64,000 nt of DNA, taken from the NCBI GenBank assembly GCA_029974835.1, contig JARKQN010000022.1, forward strand, positions 699 to 64,698. The letters run 5' to 3'. The position numbers and the translations under genes are program-made. Every line of letters starts with the position of its first letter. The first letter of the stretch is position 1. The notes beneath the pieces are model-generated. The model saw only the letters and a program-made list of their open reading frames with translations, had not been told where the DNA came from and ran no database searches. Positions 31,531 to 41,699 of this stretch are shown in pieces. Source of the stretch: Bacteroidales bacterium. Its GTDB lineage: Bacteria > Bacteroidota > Bacteroidia > Bacteroidales > VadinHA17.

Positions 31531-32360
31531 CAGTTTCGGTCAGTTATCTTACCATTTATCCATTTAAGAATATAATCAAAAACCTCATCTCTGAACGGTT
31601 CATTGTGAAGTTCATGATATCCCCCTTCCCACAGGCGTAAGGTAATTTTGTCCGATTTTGCAGCTATCTCCCGGCTGCCTTCAGGGGAAGTGATAAGGTC
31701 GTCTGTGCCGTGCATCAGCAGTAATGGAACATTCAGTTGGGATATATTTGATAAAACATACCCGGAAGCGCTTACGGCACTGTGGAAAAGTCCCGCCGAT
31801 ATTTTGTCATGAACCAGCGGATCTTCAGTATACTTCTTCACAACTTCTTTATCATGAGACAGATGGGCTGTATTAAGAGCTGTTGGCTGTACAAATGACG
31901 GAAAAACCGACTTCATGATTTTAGCGAGAAAGACCCTGGCAGGTGACGGTTCAAAAGTGAGTTTCAGCCATGGGGATGTAACAACGGCTCCCTTAACATC
32001 GGGTCTGGTTCTGAGGAGGTAGCTCAATACTATATTACCGCCGAGGCTGTGTCCGTAAATGAAAAGAGGGATCCCGGGATAGGTTTTCCTGTATTCGGCA
32101 ATCAGCTGATTTATCATTTCATCTGTAAGATCATATGATGAGATGACCCCTCTCTTACCGTCAGATTTTCCGTGTCCGGGCAGATCAACTGCCAGAAAAC
32201 CGATATCCTCCCTAGTAAACCTTGCCGCCCATTCCACATATCTTCCGGTATGATCACCAATACCGTGAACAAGGAGAATGAAGGCTTTCACCTGCGAACC
32301 GGGGCTGTTTATGAAACCCCTGAGCTGCATTCCGTTCTTCAACCTGATGCTGAAATCCAT
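31530..32360 (-). CDS. Alpha/beta hydrolase, lysophospholipase/monoacylglycerol lipase family
   Basis: VHGIGDH, GHSLGG nucleophile, HGTDD, YHELHNE. Confidence 0.88.
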   Translation of the reverse strand: MDFSIRLKNGMQLRGFINSPGSQVKAFILLVHGIGDHTGRYVEWAARFTREDIGFLAVDLPGHGKSDGKRGVISSYDLTDEMINQLIAEYRKTYPGIPLFIYGHSLGGNIVLSYLLRTRPDVKGAVVTSPWLKLTFEPSPARVFLAKIMKSVFPSFVQPTALNTAHLSHDKEVVKKYTEDPLVHDKISAGLFHSAVSASGYVLSNISQLNVPLLLMHGTDDLITSPEGSREIAAKSDKITLRLWEGGYHELHNEPFRDEVFDYILKWINGKITDRN

Positions 32361-32658
32361 ACATTAAAAATTTACAACATAAATATAAACATTACTTTCC
32401 CCCGGACAACCTGTTACTAATCTTTTAACCTGATTAAAATAAATTCCCGGGCTGCATAAGTTAATTTCAATCCGATTAAAAAAAATTCATCTGTCTCCGT
32501 AATTTATACACAGTGTCTTATATATCTGTATTACTGTTTTTTACAAAATCAATTAAATAGAATTCAGGTAAAAACCCATCTTTTTCGGATTTTCGGATTT
32601 GTTTATCTGTATATTTTATTTTATTTTTGCAGCGACAATAATTTTAAAACTCACAGAG

Positions 32659-33165
32659 ATGACAGCAAATGAATTTAACGACAGGCTTATAGAGATGAAA
32701 AGCAATCTGCAGAGGTTTGCAATGAGTCTCACCACCGACCGCGATGATGCGCTCGACCTTGTACAGGATACCTACCTTAAGGCAATAACATACAGGGACA
32801 AATTTGTTGATTACTCAAACCTGAAGGCATGGGTTTTCACAATTATGAAGAACACTTTTATAAACAACTACAGGCGGGGTGTCAAGGAGAACACGATAAT
32901 TGACGGAACAAAGGATCTCTATTTTGTCAATCTGCCGCAGGATAAGGGTTTTGCTTCTCCCGAATCGAGTTATGCCGAAGAGGAAATTGAGAAGGCCATA
33001 AATTCTCTTGATGAAGAATTCAGGCTTCCTTTCAGGATGCATATTGAGGGTTTCAAATACCAGGAAATTGCCGACAAGCTTAATCTCAAGATAGGTACGG
33101 TAAAGAGCAGGATATTCTTCACAAGGCAGAAATTAATGAACATCCTTAAGGATTACAATAACTAA
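32659..33165 (+). CDS. ECF-type RNA polymerase sigma factor
   Basis: DLVQDTYLKA, KAWVFTIMKN, YQEIA..IGTVKSRIFFTR; -7 element TATTTTTG at 32622-32629 supports ATG 32659. Confidence 0.92.
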   Translation: MTANEFNDRLIEMKSNLQRFAMSLTTDRDDALDLVQDTYLKAITYRDKFVDYSNLKAWVFTIMKNTFINNYRRGVKENTIIDGTKDLYFVNLPQDKGFASPESSYAEEEIEKAINSLDEEFRLPFRMHIEGFKYQEIADKLNLKIGTVKSRIFFTRQKLMNILKDYNN

Positions 33166-33188
33166 ATGATAAGGTTTTATGTCTGTTG

Positions 33189-33224
33189 AAGGGCTGTCCG
33201 CAAGGTCAGCCCTTTTGTTTGTTT
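33189..33224 (+). terminator. Intrinsic terminator after the ECF sigma gene
   Basis: AAGGGCTGTCC-GCAA-GGTCAGCCCTT followed by TTGTTTGTTT. Confidence 0.75.
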
Positions 33225-34278
33225 AGAGTCTCCCTGCCCTGCCTTTACGCCGTATTGCCAACCTGTAGAGGAAGTAAAGGGCACACGCAATTGTAATTAC
33301 CCATGCCCAGATATTTGTTTTCTCCGATTCAGCCCACATAACATACGGTTCAGTCATAAAATATTCTGATTTTACCGGCCAGAGAACATAACCCGTGCTG
33401 TCGGCAAATCCGCTGGTACCTGTAAGTCTTCCCGGCATAAAGGTTTTTTCGGTGTAGTTGCTGAAGCTGCGCAGGAGTACTTCCTGTACCTCATTCATTG
33501 CCGAATCAGCTTCGGCACGGAACCTTGAAGCATACTCTTCGCCGACAAGAAAGCTCAGGATGACTCCGCTGTTCCAAAGGCTGTCGGTGTCTTTGTTTTT
33601 CAGGTCCAGGTACCTGTAGAGGCTGTCTTCTTTCGATTTCAGGTTATCGAACACTACTGCGCCGGAGGTCTTCTCCTTTACCATCCTGCTGAATAACTCT
33701 GACCATTCCGCCACAAAACTTCTGATTATCCACTCAGTTGTTTTTGAGTTTACGCTTTCCTCAATGGCCTTATACCTGAGGCTGTCCGGGCCTTTAAGGA
33801 GTTTTTCCTTCAGACTTTCGGGGGAATAAAAGAATTCTGATTCGCTTTTCTCCATAAAACGGGATAAAGGATACCCGTTTTTTGTTCTGGCCTCTATGAT
33901 TTCTGCAAATCTGAATGCGGTATTAAACCATCTGAAGCTTTTCTTAAATTCAACGCGACGCTTCTCCTCCCTGTTAAAGCTGCTGTCTGTCTCATAATAT
34001 TCATTGATTTCCCTGAAATTCCTGAAAAGTTTTTCAGCTCTCCTTACCCACAGGGTATCGCCTTCAGGGTTTATTTCGAGGGTGTCGGTTATTATCCATG
34101 TGGTATCGTATGGAACCTGTACATTGCTGATGCTGAAGTTTTTCCCGCTGTGTTTCATTACAATCTCCCTGAGAACCGAGCCGTCGGGTCTGACGAAATT
34201 AACAACCGTCGTTTCCGGCCTGTTGCAGGAATGGAGCGCAAACAGCATGAGGAAAGAGGCAGAAAGAATTTTTTTCAT
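33223..34278 (-). CDS. Hypothetical lipoprotein with C-terminal TM anchor
   Basis: Lipobox LHSC; C-terminal hydrophobic helix followed by a basic tail. Confidence 0.75.
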   Translation of the reverse strand: MKKILSASFLMLFALHSCNRPETTVVNFVRPDGSVLREIVMKHSGKNFSISNVQVPYDTTWIITDTLEINPEGDTLWVRRAEKLFRNFREINEYYETDSSFNREEKRRVEFKKSFRWFNTAFRFAEIIEARTKNGYPLSRFMEKSESEFFYSPESLKEKLLKGPDSLRYKAIEESVNSKTTEWIIRSFVAEWSELFSRMVKEKTSGAVVFDNLKSKEDSLYRYLDLKNKDTDSLWNSGVILSFLVGEEYASRFRAEADSAMNEVQEVLLRSFSNYTEKTFMPGRLTGTSGFADSTGYVLWPVKSEYFMTEPYVMWAESEKTNIWAWVITIACALYFLYRLAIRRKGRAGRL

Positions 34279-34430
34279 AGATTCCTGACTATTATAAATT
34301 TGGTTATCTGATTACAATCTATTGCTTTCTTTGTCTTGCCGTCTTCTGCGGGCCGGCAGGGAAAACAAACAGAAAGGTAACAACAAATTTTATTTTCTTG
34401 TATTTTCCGTGCCTGAAATCTATGATAGTT

Positions 34431-34841
34431 ATGCAAAGAACCATTATTATCAGTACCGCATCACGGAATTGCCTGTACGATATTACCGCCGAAGTAAAAA
34501 GGATTGTTAAGGAGAGTGGAATAAGGGAAGGCATTGTATCGGTATATGCGCGCGGTTCGACAGCTGCAGTGATGATACAGGAGAACTGGGACAATTCGGT
34601 ACAGACCGATGTGGTGAATCTGCTTGCAAAGCTTATACCGCATGGCGTCTGGGAGCATGACAGGCAGGACAACAACGGCGACTCACATCTTAAGGCAGGT
34701 CTTGTCGGGCCTTCCGAGACAATACCCGTAATTAACGGGGAGCCGGGGCTTTCAACATGGCAGAATATTTTCCTTTGCGAATTTGACGGTCCGCGCAGCA
34801 GGCGTGAAGTGGTTGTAACCGTTTTGGGTGAGAAAGGCTGA
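34431..34841 (+). CDS. yjbQ: YjbQ/UPF0047 family protein
   Basis: TAAVMIQEN, NGDSHLKA, LSTWQNIFLCEFDGPR. Confidence 0.88.
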   Translation: MQRTIIISTASRNCLYDITAEVKRIVKESGIREGIVSVYARGSTAAVMIQENWDNSVQTDVVNLLAKLIPHGVWEHDRQDNNGDSHLKAGLVGPSETIPVINGEPGLSTWQNIFLCEFDGPRSRREVVVTVLGEKG

Positions 34842-34866
34842 GACGTGTAACCGGCTGCACCGGCTG

Positions 34867-35802
34867 TTACAACAGGCCGGATTCCTTACCGGTGAGTACG
34901 TCGATATTTTTCCTGAACCTTTCAAAGCCTTTACGATAGACCGGGGAGTTCTTAAAAATTCTCCTGAAATCGTCCTCGGTCATTGCCTGCCAGCCGGCGA
35001 GGTTTAATGACCTTAGTTCATCATTTATTTTAAGTTCAGGATGGTTATGGGTTTTTGCCTTTTTGTTCAGAGGGCACACCTCCTGGCATATATCGCATCC
35101 GAATATCCTGTTGTCAATTTTCTCGCATAACGCTTTATCAATTGGCTCCCTGTTTTCAATTGTAAGGTTTGAGATGCATTTTGAGGTATCGATTGTACGG
35201 TTTTCATTTATTGCCCCGGTGGGACACCTTTCGATGCATATCCGGCACTCTCCGCATTTACCGTCTGTATAAGGCAGGTCATATTCAAGCTCGGTGGTAA
35301 CGAGGATTATCCCCAGAAAAAGGAATGATCCGGTCTTCTCATTTATCAGAACCGAATTCTTCCCCTGCCAGCCAAGACCGGCCTCGACGGCCCATGCTTT
35401 TTCGGCTATACATGACGAATCGCAGAAGACACTTCCCTCTGCCGACGGGTCAAGATCCTTAATAAATCCGAGCAATGTTTTAAGCCTGTCTGTAATAAAA
35501 TCATGGTAATCTGTTCCGAGTGCATACCGGGCCACAACCGGGACATTTCTTTCAGACTGGATTTCGTCTGTGAAATAATTCAGACCCGTCACTATCACTG
35601 ATTTGACTCCCGGGAGCAGCAGTGAAGGATTGAACCGTTTCGGGATATCCCTGCAGAGCCATTTCATATTGCTGTTCAGTCCCTCCCCGCACCATTTTCT
35701 GAAGACCTCTTCATATTCCGAAAGATGCCTGGCGCGGGCAATGCCGCACAGGTCGAAGCCAAGCGACACCGCTTTCAGTCTTATTTCGGATGTGATGTTC
35801 AT
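34867..35802 (-). CDS. queG: tRNA epoxyqueuosine(34) reductase
   Basis: RYALGTDYH, AGLGWQGKN, CGECRICIERCP and GCDICQEVCP Fe-S motifs. Confidence 0.92.
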   Translation of the reverse strand: MNITSEIRLKAVSLGFDLCGIARARHLSEYEEVFRKWCGEGLNSNMKWLCRDIPKRFNPSLLLPGVKSVIVTGLNYFTDEIQSERNVPVVARYALGTDYHDFITDRLKTLLGFIKDLDPSAEGSVFCDSSCIAEKAWAVEAGLGWQGKNSVLINEKTGSFLFLGIILVTTELEYDLPYTDGKCGECRICIERCPTGAINENRTIDTSKCISNLTIENREPIDKALCEKIDNRIFGCDICQEVCPLNKKAKTHNHPELKINDELRSLNLAGWQAMTEDDFRRIFKNSPVYRKGFERFRKNIDVLTGKESGLL

Positions 35803-35829
35803 GCCGCAGGAATTCCCTGAGTTGCCGGA

Positions 35830-36150
35830 TCACATAAAACCAAGTTCCAGGCGGGCTTCATCGCTCATCATGCTTTTGTCCCAGCGGGGCGAGAAGGTGA
35901 GCTTCAGGTCACAATCCTTTACTCCTGCCGTTCCTGCCACCTTGTATTTAACCTCTTCAACAAGGTCTTCGGCCATTGGGCAGTTGGGTGCGGTGAGCGT
36001 CATGGTGATATGTGCTACACGGTCATCGTCAAGGTCTATTTCGTAAATCAGACCCAGGTCGTAGATGTTTACCGGTATCTCAGGGTCATATACTGATTTA
36101 AGCACCGAGACTATCCGCGATTCTGTTTCTAGTTTTTCCTGGAAATCCAT
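35830..36150 (-). CDS. sufT: DUF59/SufT Fe-S assembly protein
   Basis: DPEIPVNIYDLGLI and TLTAPNCP. Confidence 0.88.
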   Translation of the reverse strand: MDFQEKLETESRIVSVLKSVYDPEIPVNIYDLGLIYEIDLDDDRVAHITMTLTAPNCPMAEDLVEEVKYKVAGTAGVKDCDLKLTFSPRWDKSMMSDEARLELGFM

Positions 36151-36195
36151 TTTTCCTCCGTTTTTAATTTTCCGTGACTTCAGTTTTCCGGCAGG

Positions 36196-36630
36196 TCAGG
36201 CAGTTTTGTCAGGGTTTTTCAGTTCAAACGCAAGAGCGTAAAGCCTCATCTGTTTTATCATTGCCAGCAGCCCGTTGGAGCGTGTTGGTGAGAGATTCTG
36301 TCTCAGGTTTATTTTGTCGATGAACCACAGGTTGGCGTTTTTTATTTCCCGGGGCGTGCGGCCCGAAAGCACCCTTACAAGAAGAGATACGATTCCCTTT
36401 GTGATAAGGGCGTCGCTGTCGGCCTTAAAAAACAGAAGCCCGTTCCTGAATTCAGGCACCAGCCACACTTTCGACTGGCATCCTTCAATAAGATATTCAT
36501 TTGTTTTTTCTGCCTGATCAACCGGGGGAAGCTCCCTGCCCAATTCTATAAGCAGGTTATACCTGTCCATCCAGTCGTTGAAGGCTTCAAATTCAGCGGT
36601 TATCTGTTCCTGTACTTCATCTGTTGTCAT
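36196..36630 (-). CDS. sufE: Cysteine desulfuration protein SufE
   Basis: GCQSKVW, ADSDA, LSPTRSNGL. Confidence 0.92.
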   Translation of the reverse strand: MTTDEVQEQITAEFEAFNDWMDRYNLLIELGRELPPVDQAEKTNEYLIEGCQSKVWLVPEFRNGLLFFKADSDALITKGIVSLLVRVLSGRTPREIKNANLWFIDKINLRQNLSPTRSNGLLAMIKQMRLYALAFELKNPDKTA

Positions 36631-36638
36631 AGCCTGAT

Positions 36639-37856
36639 TCAAAAAAACATATCTCTGACTCTGTTTATGCCTTCAATCAGCGTATCGACCTCCTCACGGG
36701 TGTTATAGAAGCAGAGTGATGCCCGTATTGTTCCGTCGAGGCCGAGTCTTTCGATAAGCGGCTGGGCGCAGTGATTACCGGTCCGCACGGCTATTCCGAG
36801 TTTATCGAGCACCATTCCGGCGTCATAATGATGGACGCCTTCAAGGTTAAAGGAGAATACCGGCACGCCGGGAACTGAACCGCCTGCCATTTTCAGTCCG
36901 GGTATCTCCGACAAAGCTGACCATGTATAACCGAGTAAATCTTTTTCGAGCGATTCGATATACTCCGGACCTGTTTCCCTGAGATAATCGATTGCGCGTG
37001 CAAGGCCGATGGCACCGGGAAAATTTGTCGTGCCTGCTTCAAACTTAAAGGGCAGGGCGTTGTAGGTTGTTTTTTCAAAAGTGACCTTTTCAATCATATC
37101 GCCGCCGCCCTGGAAGGGGGGCATGGATTCGAGAATTTCGCGTTTGCCGTAAAGCACGCCGATACCGGCGGGACCGTAAATTTTATGTCCGGAAAAAGCA
37201 TAGAAATCGCAGTCCGTTTCCATCACATCGTTCATTCCATGCTGAACGCCCTGTGCCCCGTCGACAAGCACCGGTATGTTGTACCTGTGCGCCTCTTCGA
37301 TTATTTCCTTTACGGGCAGAACCACGCCTGTTGCATTTGAAACCTGTGTCACTGCCACAAGCCTGGTCTTTTTTGACAGCATCCTGGTGTATTCCTCAAA
37401 AACCAACCTGCAGTTGTCATCCACAGGAATTACCTTAAGGGTGGCTCCTTTCCGGTCGCACAGCATTTGCCACGGCACTATGTTTGAGTGATGTTCGAGT
37501 GTGCTGATTATGATTTCATCTCCCTTTTTAACGAACCTCTCGCCGAAAGAGTATGCTACAAGGTTAATTGACCCTGTGGTTCCCGGCGTGAAGATAATTT
37601 CTTCCTTTTGTGAGGCATTCAGAAAGGATCTTATCTTCTCCCTGGCGTTTTCGTAGGCCTCGGAGGCCTTGTCGCTCAGGAAATGTACGCCCCGGTGGAC
37701 ATTTGCATTATATTCCGTATATACCTCGTTCATTGCCTCGATAACGCAGGAGGGTTTCTGTGTTGTGGCTGCATTGTCGAGGTAAACAAGCGGCTTTCCG
37801 TAAACGCTTGTGCTTAGAATGGAGAAGTCCTTTCGTATTTCTGTTATTTTTTTCAC
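36639..37856 (-). CDS. sufS: Cysteine desulfurase SufS
   Basis: YLDNAATTQKP, EHHSN, FSGHK, RTGNHCAQP. Confidence 0.94.
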   Translation of the reverse strand: MKKITEIRKDFSILSTSVYGKPLVYLDNAATTQKPSCVIEAMNEVYTEYNANVHRGVHFLSDKASEAYENAREKIRSFLNASQKEEIIFTPGTTGSINLVAYSFGERFVKKGDEIIISTLEHHSNIVPWQMLCDRKGATLKVIPVDDNCRLVFEEYTRMLSKKTRLVAVTQVSNATGVVLPVKEIIEEAHRYNIPVLVDGAQGVQHGMNDVMETDCDFYAFSGHKIYGPAGIGVLYGKREILESMPPFQGGGDMIEKVTFEKTTYNALPFKFEAGTTNFPGAIGLARAIDYLRETGPEYIESLEKDLLGYTWSALSEIPGLKMAGGSVPGVPVFSFNLEGVHHYDAGMVLDKLGIAVRTGNHCAQPLIERLGLDGTIRASLCFYNTREEVDTLIEGINRVRDMFF

Positions 37857-37866
37857 AATAGTATCG

Positions 37867-39225
37867 TTAACCGCATTTCACCATACAGGAAGCGCATCTT
37901 GAGAGCTCACCCCTGAGGCGCTGCATTACGAGGTCGTCCATTCTCTGCCGGAGTGGTTCGACCGGTATGTTTCTTATCACGTCGTGTGCAAAACCGAACA
38001 TCAGCAGGAGGCGTGCTTCGGCTTTGCTGATGCCTCTCGACTGCAGGTAGAACATTGCATTTTCATCGAGCTGACCAACCGTTGCGCCGTGAGTACATTT
38101 TACATCGTCGGCCAAAATTTCGAGCTGGGGTTTTGAATTCATTTTGGTATCAGGAGTGAGCAGTATTGTGCTGTTTCGCTGATATGCAGATGTGCGTTGT
38201 GCGTCTTTTGCTACAAAAATCCTTCCGTTGAACGCCGCAGTTGACATATCGTCAAGAACTCCCTTGAAGAGCTGATTGCTGTTACAGTCGGGAACGAGGT
38301 GTTCGACATTCACATAATTATCGACATGCTGGAATTTGTCGGCAAGGTATAGCCCGAGCGAAAGGCATTCGGCCCTTTCACCGGCCAGCATATGTTTTGT
38401 TGTGTTACGCACAAGTCCGCCGTGAAGGGTGATGTTGTTCGATGAAACCCGTGAGCCGCTTTCCTGGTAAATAAAAGTGTTCGTGATTTTGGATGAGTTA
38501 TTATGCTCATTCTGAACCCGGATAAGGTTAAAGACTGCATTTTTACCGACGAAGGCTTCGGTAACACCGTTTGTAAGGAACCTGTTTGGTGACAGAGTAT
38601 GATCGCACACGATGAGACTCACATCCGAATCTTCTTCAGCAACAATAAGATTGCGGTGCTGGTTAAAGATGTCTTTTTCTGATTCAACCAGGTTAATTAT
38701 CTGGATGGGTTTGTTCAGCCGCACCCCCGGCGGGACGTAGATGAATACCCCGTCGGATGCCAGGGCTGTGTTAAGATGGATAAGGGAGTCGTTTTCGCCG
38801 CTGATATATTTTCCGAAGTGTTTTTCGACAACGTCCCGGAATTTTTTTGCTGCCTCATTAAGGCTCCCGATCCATACGCCGCCCGGGAGCTTTTTGATTT
38901 TATCGGCAATTGTCGGATAGAATCCGTTTATCAGTATTACTCCATGCGAGTCGAGGTCGGCAACATCACATTTAAACCTCTCTGCCTTTGCGAAGTCGTC
39001 CGGACCGGGTATAAAGAAGCTGTCATAATCATGGCGGAAAAGGGGCTCAACGTTGGTGTATTTATAGGCCTCGTTTTTGCGCGTGGGTATGCCAAGTTCC
39101 AGGAACTTCTCCATCGCCTTTTCCCGGGCGGAATTAAAGAGTTCGAAAGAAGATGCTCTGATGCCGGGTATTGTCTGGCTGAACAGCCGGCTGAATTTAT
39201 CTGTCAGCTCATTCCTGGTTTCCAT
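37867..39225 (-). CDS. sufD: Fe-S cluster assembly protein SufD
   Basis: KPQLEILADDVKCTHGAT; position in the suf operon. Confidence 0.93.
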   Translation of the reverse strand: METRNELTDKFSRLFSQTIPGIRASSFELFNSAREKAMEKFLELGIPTRKNEAYKYTNVEPLFRHDYDSFFIPGPDDFAKAERFKCDVADLDSHGVILINGFYPTIADKIKKLPGGVWIGSLNEAAKKFRDVVEKHFGKYISGENDSLIHLNTALASDGVFIYVPPGVRLNKPIQIINLVESEKDIFNQHRNLIVAEEDSDVSLIVCDHTLSPNRFLTNGVTEAFVGKNAVFNLIRVQNEHNNSSKITNTFIYQESGSRVSSNNITLHGGLVRNTTKHMLAGERAECLSLGLYLADKFQHVDNYVNVEHLVPDCNSNQLFKGVLDDMSTAAFNGRIFVAKDAQRTSAYQRNSTILLTPDTKMNSKPQLEILADDVKCTHGATVGQLDENAMFYLQSRGISKAEARLLLMFGFAHDVIRNIPVEPLRQRMDDLVMQRLRGELSRCASCMVKCG

Positions 39226-39986
39226 GTCTGAACGCTGTTTTCCTCACCTGTTTTTATCCATTCATAACCTTTTTTCTCCAGTTCAAGGGCAAGTTCTTTA
39301 CCGGCCGACCGCACTATCCTTCCGTCGTAAAGCACATGAACATGATCGGGGATGATATAGTCGAGCAGTCGCTGGTAGTGGGTTATCACTATTGTTGCGT
39401 TATCGGGTTTCCTGAGGCGGTTGACGCCGTTTGCCACAATCTTCAGTGCGTCGATATCGAGTCCGGAGTCGGTTTCGTCGAGAATTGCGAGTTTAGGTTC
39501 GAGCATTGCCATCTGGAAAATTTCGTTCTTTTTCTTTTCGCCTCCCGAGAATCCTTCGTTAACAGAACGGTTAGCCAGTTTTGAGTCTATTTCGACAAGC
39601 TCCTTTTTCTCGCGCATCATTTTAAGGAAGTCGGATGCAGAGAGCGGTTCAAGACCTTTGTGTTTTCTGTGTTCATTAACCGCTGTTTTGAGGAAATTGA
39701 CCATGCTTACGCCGGGTATTTCAATCGGGTACTGGAATCCGAGGAATATACCTTCGCGCGATCTCTCCTCCGGGGCCATCGAAAGAAGGTCTTTGCCGTA
39801 ATATTTCACGGTTCCCTCGGTTACATCTGCAAAATCGCGTCCGGCCAGAATAGAGGCCAGGGTACTCTTCCCCGAACCGTTTGGACCCATAATGGCGTGG
39901 ATCTCTCCTTCCTTCACTTCGAGGTTTATACCCTTAAGAATCTCGCGTCCTTCAATTGATGCTCTTAAATTTCTGATTACAAGCAT
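39204..39986 (-). CDS. sufC: Fe-S cluster assembly ATPase SufC
   Basis: GPNGSGKST, FQYP, GFSGGEKK, LDETDSGLD, ITHY. Confidence 0.95.
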   Translation of the reverse strand: MLVIRNLRASIEGREILKGINLEVKEGEIHAIMGPNGSGKSTLASILAGRDFADVTEGTVKYYGKDLLSMAPEERSREGIFLGFQYPIEIPGVSMVNFLKTAVNEHRKHKGLEPLSASDFLKMMREKKELVEIDSKLANRSVNEGFSGGEKKKNEIFQMAMLEPKLAILDETDSGLDIDALKIVANGVNRLRKPDNATIVITHYQRLLDYIIPDHVHVLYDGRIVRSAGKELALELEKKGYEWIKTGEENSVQTWKPGMS

Positions 39987-40002
39987 ATAATAATATTTAA
40001 AA

Positions 40003-41451
40003 CTATCCCACGCTTCCTTCAAGGCTTATCTGAAGCAATTTCTGCGCTTCAACGGCAAATTCCATCGGAAGCTGGTTAATGATTTCCTTTGCATAACCGT
40101 TTACAATCAGGCCCACGGCATCTTCGGTTGATATGCCGCGCTGGTTGCAGTAAAATATCTGGTCCTCTCCTATTCTGGAGGTTGTTGCTTCATGTTCCAC
40201 GACGGCATTCGGGTTGTCTACTTCAAGATAGGGGAAAGTGTGTGCACCGCACTTATCTCCCAGAAGGAGTGAATCGCACTGTGAGAAATTCCTTGCATTA
40301 TCGGCGTTTTTCAGAACCTTTACCAGTCCTCGGTAGCTGTTTTGTCCCATTCCGGCGGAGATTCCCTTGGAAACTATGCGGCTTCTTGTGTTTTTACCGA
40401 TATGTATCATTTTTGTGCCGGTATCGGCCTGCTGGTAGTGATTGGTGACTGCGACCGAATAGAACTCGCCCGAGGAATTATCGCCCTTAAGAATGCATGA
40501 AGGGTATTTCCAGGTTATGGCTGAGCCGGTTTCGACCTGCGTCCATGATATTTTTGAATTGTCTCCCCTGCAGATACCCCTTTTGGTGACAAAATTGAAA
40601 ATACCTCCCTTACCCTCACTGTCGCCCGGGTACCAGTTCTGAACGGTTGAATATTTCACTTCGGCATTTTTCTCGGCTATTATTTCGACGATAGCTGCAT
40701 GGAGCTGGTTTTCGTCTCTCATTGGAGCCGTGCAGCCTTCCATGTAACTCACATAGCTTTCCTCGTCGGCCACAATAAGGGTTCTTTCGAACTGGCCGGT
40801 GTTTGCCGAGTTTATCCTGAAATATGTCGAGAGCTCCATCGGGCATTTCACCCCTTTAGGGATGTAGCAGAAGGAGCCGTCGCTGAAGACAGCAGAGTTG
40901 AGAGCTGCAAAAAAGTTATCTGTATATGGTACAACTGTAGCCATATATTTCTTTACAAGGTCGGGGTATTCGCGGACGGCCTCGCTGAACGAGCAGAATA
41001 TGATACCGAGTTCGGCAAGGGTTTCCCTGAAGGTTGTTTTAACCGAAACACTGTCCATTACTGCATCAACGGCCACGCCGCTCAGGATTTTCTGCTCCTC
41101 GAGAGGTATTCCCAGCCTGTCGAATGTTTTTTTCAGTTCCGGATCAATCCCGCCCTTCTCTTCTGTCGTGCGGCTCTTTGGGGCTGCAAAATAAATAATG
41201 TCCTGGTAGTCGATCGCGGGAATCTTAAGGTTGGGCCACCGGGGCATTTTCATTGTAAGCCAGTGCCTGTATGCCTTCAGCCTGAAATCGAGAAGCCATT
41301 CCGGCTCCCCTTTTCTGGACGATATCAGCCTGATAACATCTTCATTGAGTCCTTTGGGGATCTTATCCGTTTCAATGTCGGTATAGAAACCGTATTTATA
41401 TTCCCCCGAGGTTACCTCCTTTATAATATCATTACCGTTGTTTTCCTGCAT
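40003..41451 (-). CDS. sufB: Fe-S cluster assembly protein SufB
   Basis: [34 protein letters not shown]; -7 element TAATTTTG at 41531-41538. Confidence 0.96.
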   Translation of the reverse strand: MQENNGNDIIKEVTSGEYKYGFYTDIETDKIPKGLNEDVIRLISSRKGEPEWLLDFRLKAYRHWLTMKMPRWPNLKIPAIDYQDIIYFAAPKSRTTEEKGGIDPELKKTFDRLGIPLEEQKILSGVAVDAVMDSVSVKTTFRETLAELGIIFCSFSEAVREYPDLVKKYMATVVPYTDNFFAALNSAVFSDGSFCYIPKGVKCPMELSTYFRINSANTGQFERTLIVADEESYVSYMEGCTAPMRDENQLHAAIVEIIAEKNAEVKYSTVQNWYPGDSEGKGGIFNFVTKRGICRGDNSKISWTQVETGSAITWKYPSCILKGDNSSGEFYSVAVTNHYQQADTGTKMIHIGKNTRSRIVSKGISAGMGQNSYRGLVKVLKNADNARNFSQCDSLLLGDKCGAHTFPYLEVDNPNAVVEHEATTSRIGEDQIFYCNQRGISTEDAVGLIVNGYAKEIINQLPMEFAVEAQKLLQISLEGSVG

Positions 41452-41699
41452 ATCAGTTTTTACCGGTTTTTCGTGTAATTACTAAACAACAATCACGTGC
41501 AATTGTTGATCCTGATCGGCAAAAGACCTGCAAAATTACAAATTATTAACCAAATGTCAGGTATAAAACCACAGAACGGATACATGGTTAAAAGATAACC
41601 GGCACCGGGCGGTTACTGATAATTATCACTTAAAAAAAAGATTGGCTTTCTTTTTAATGACAGAATACTCTTAAATTTGCAGCTTTTAAAAGCACTACT

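Noticed and set aside
40699-41478. 259 aa plus-strand ORF
   Set aside because: Antisense shadow of the conserved sufB.
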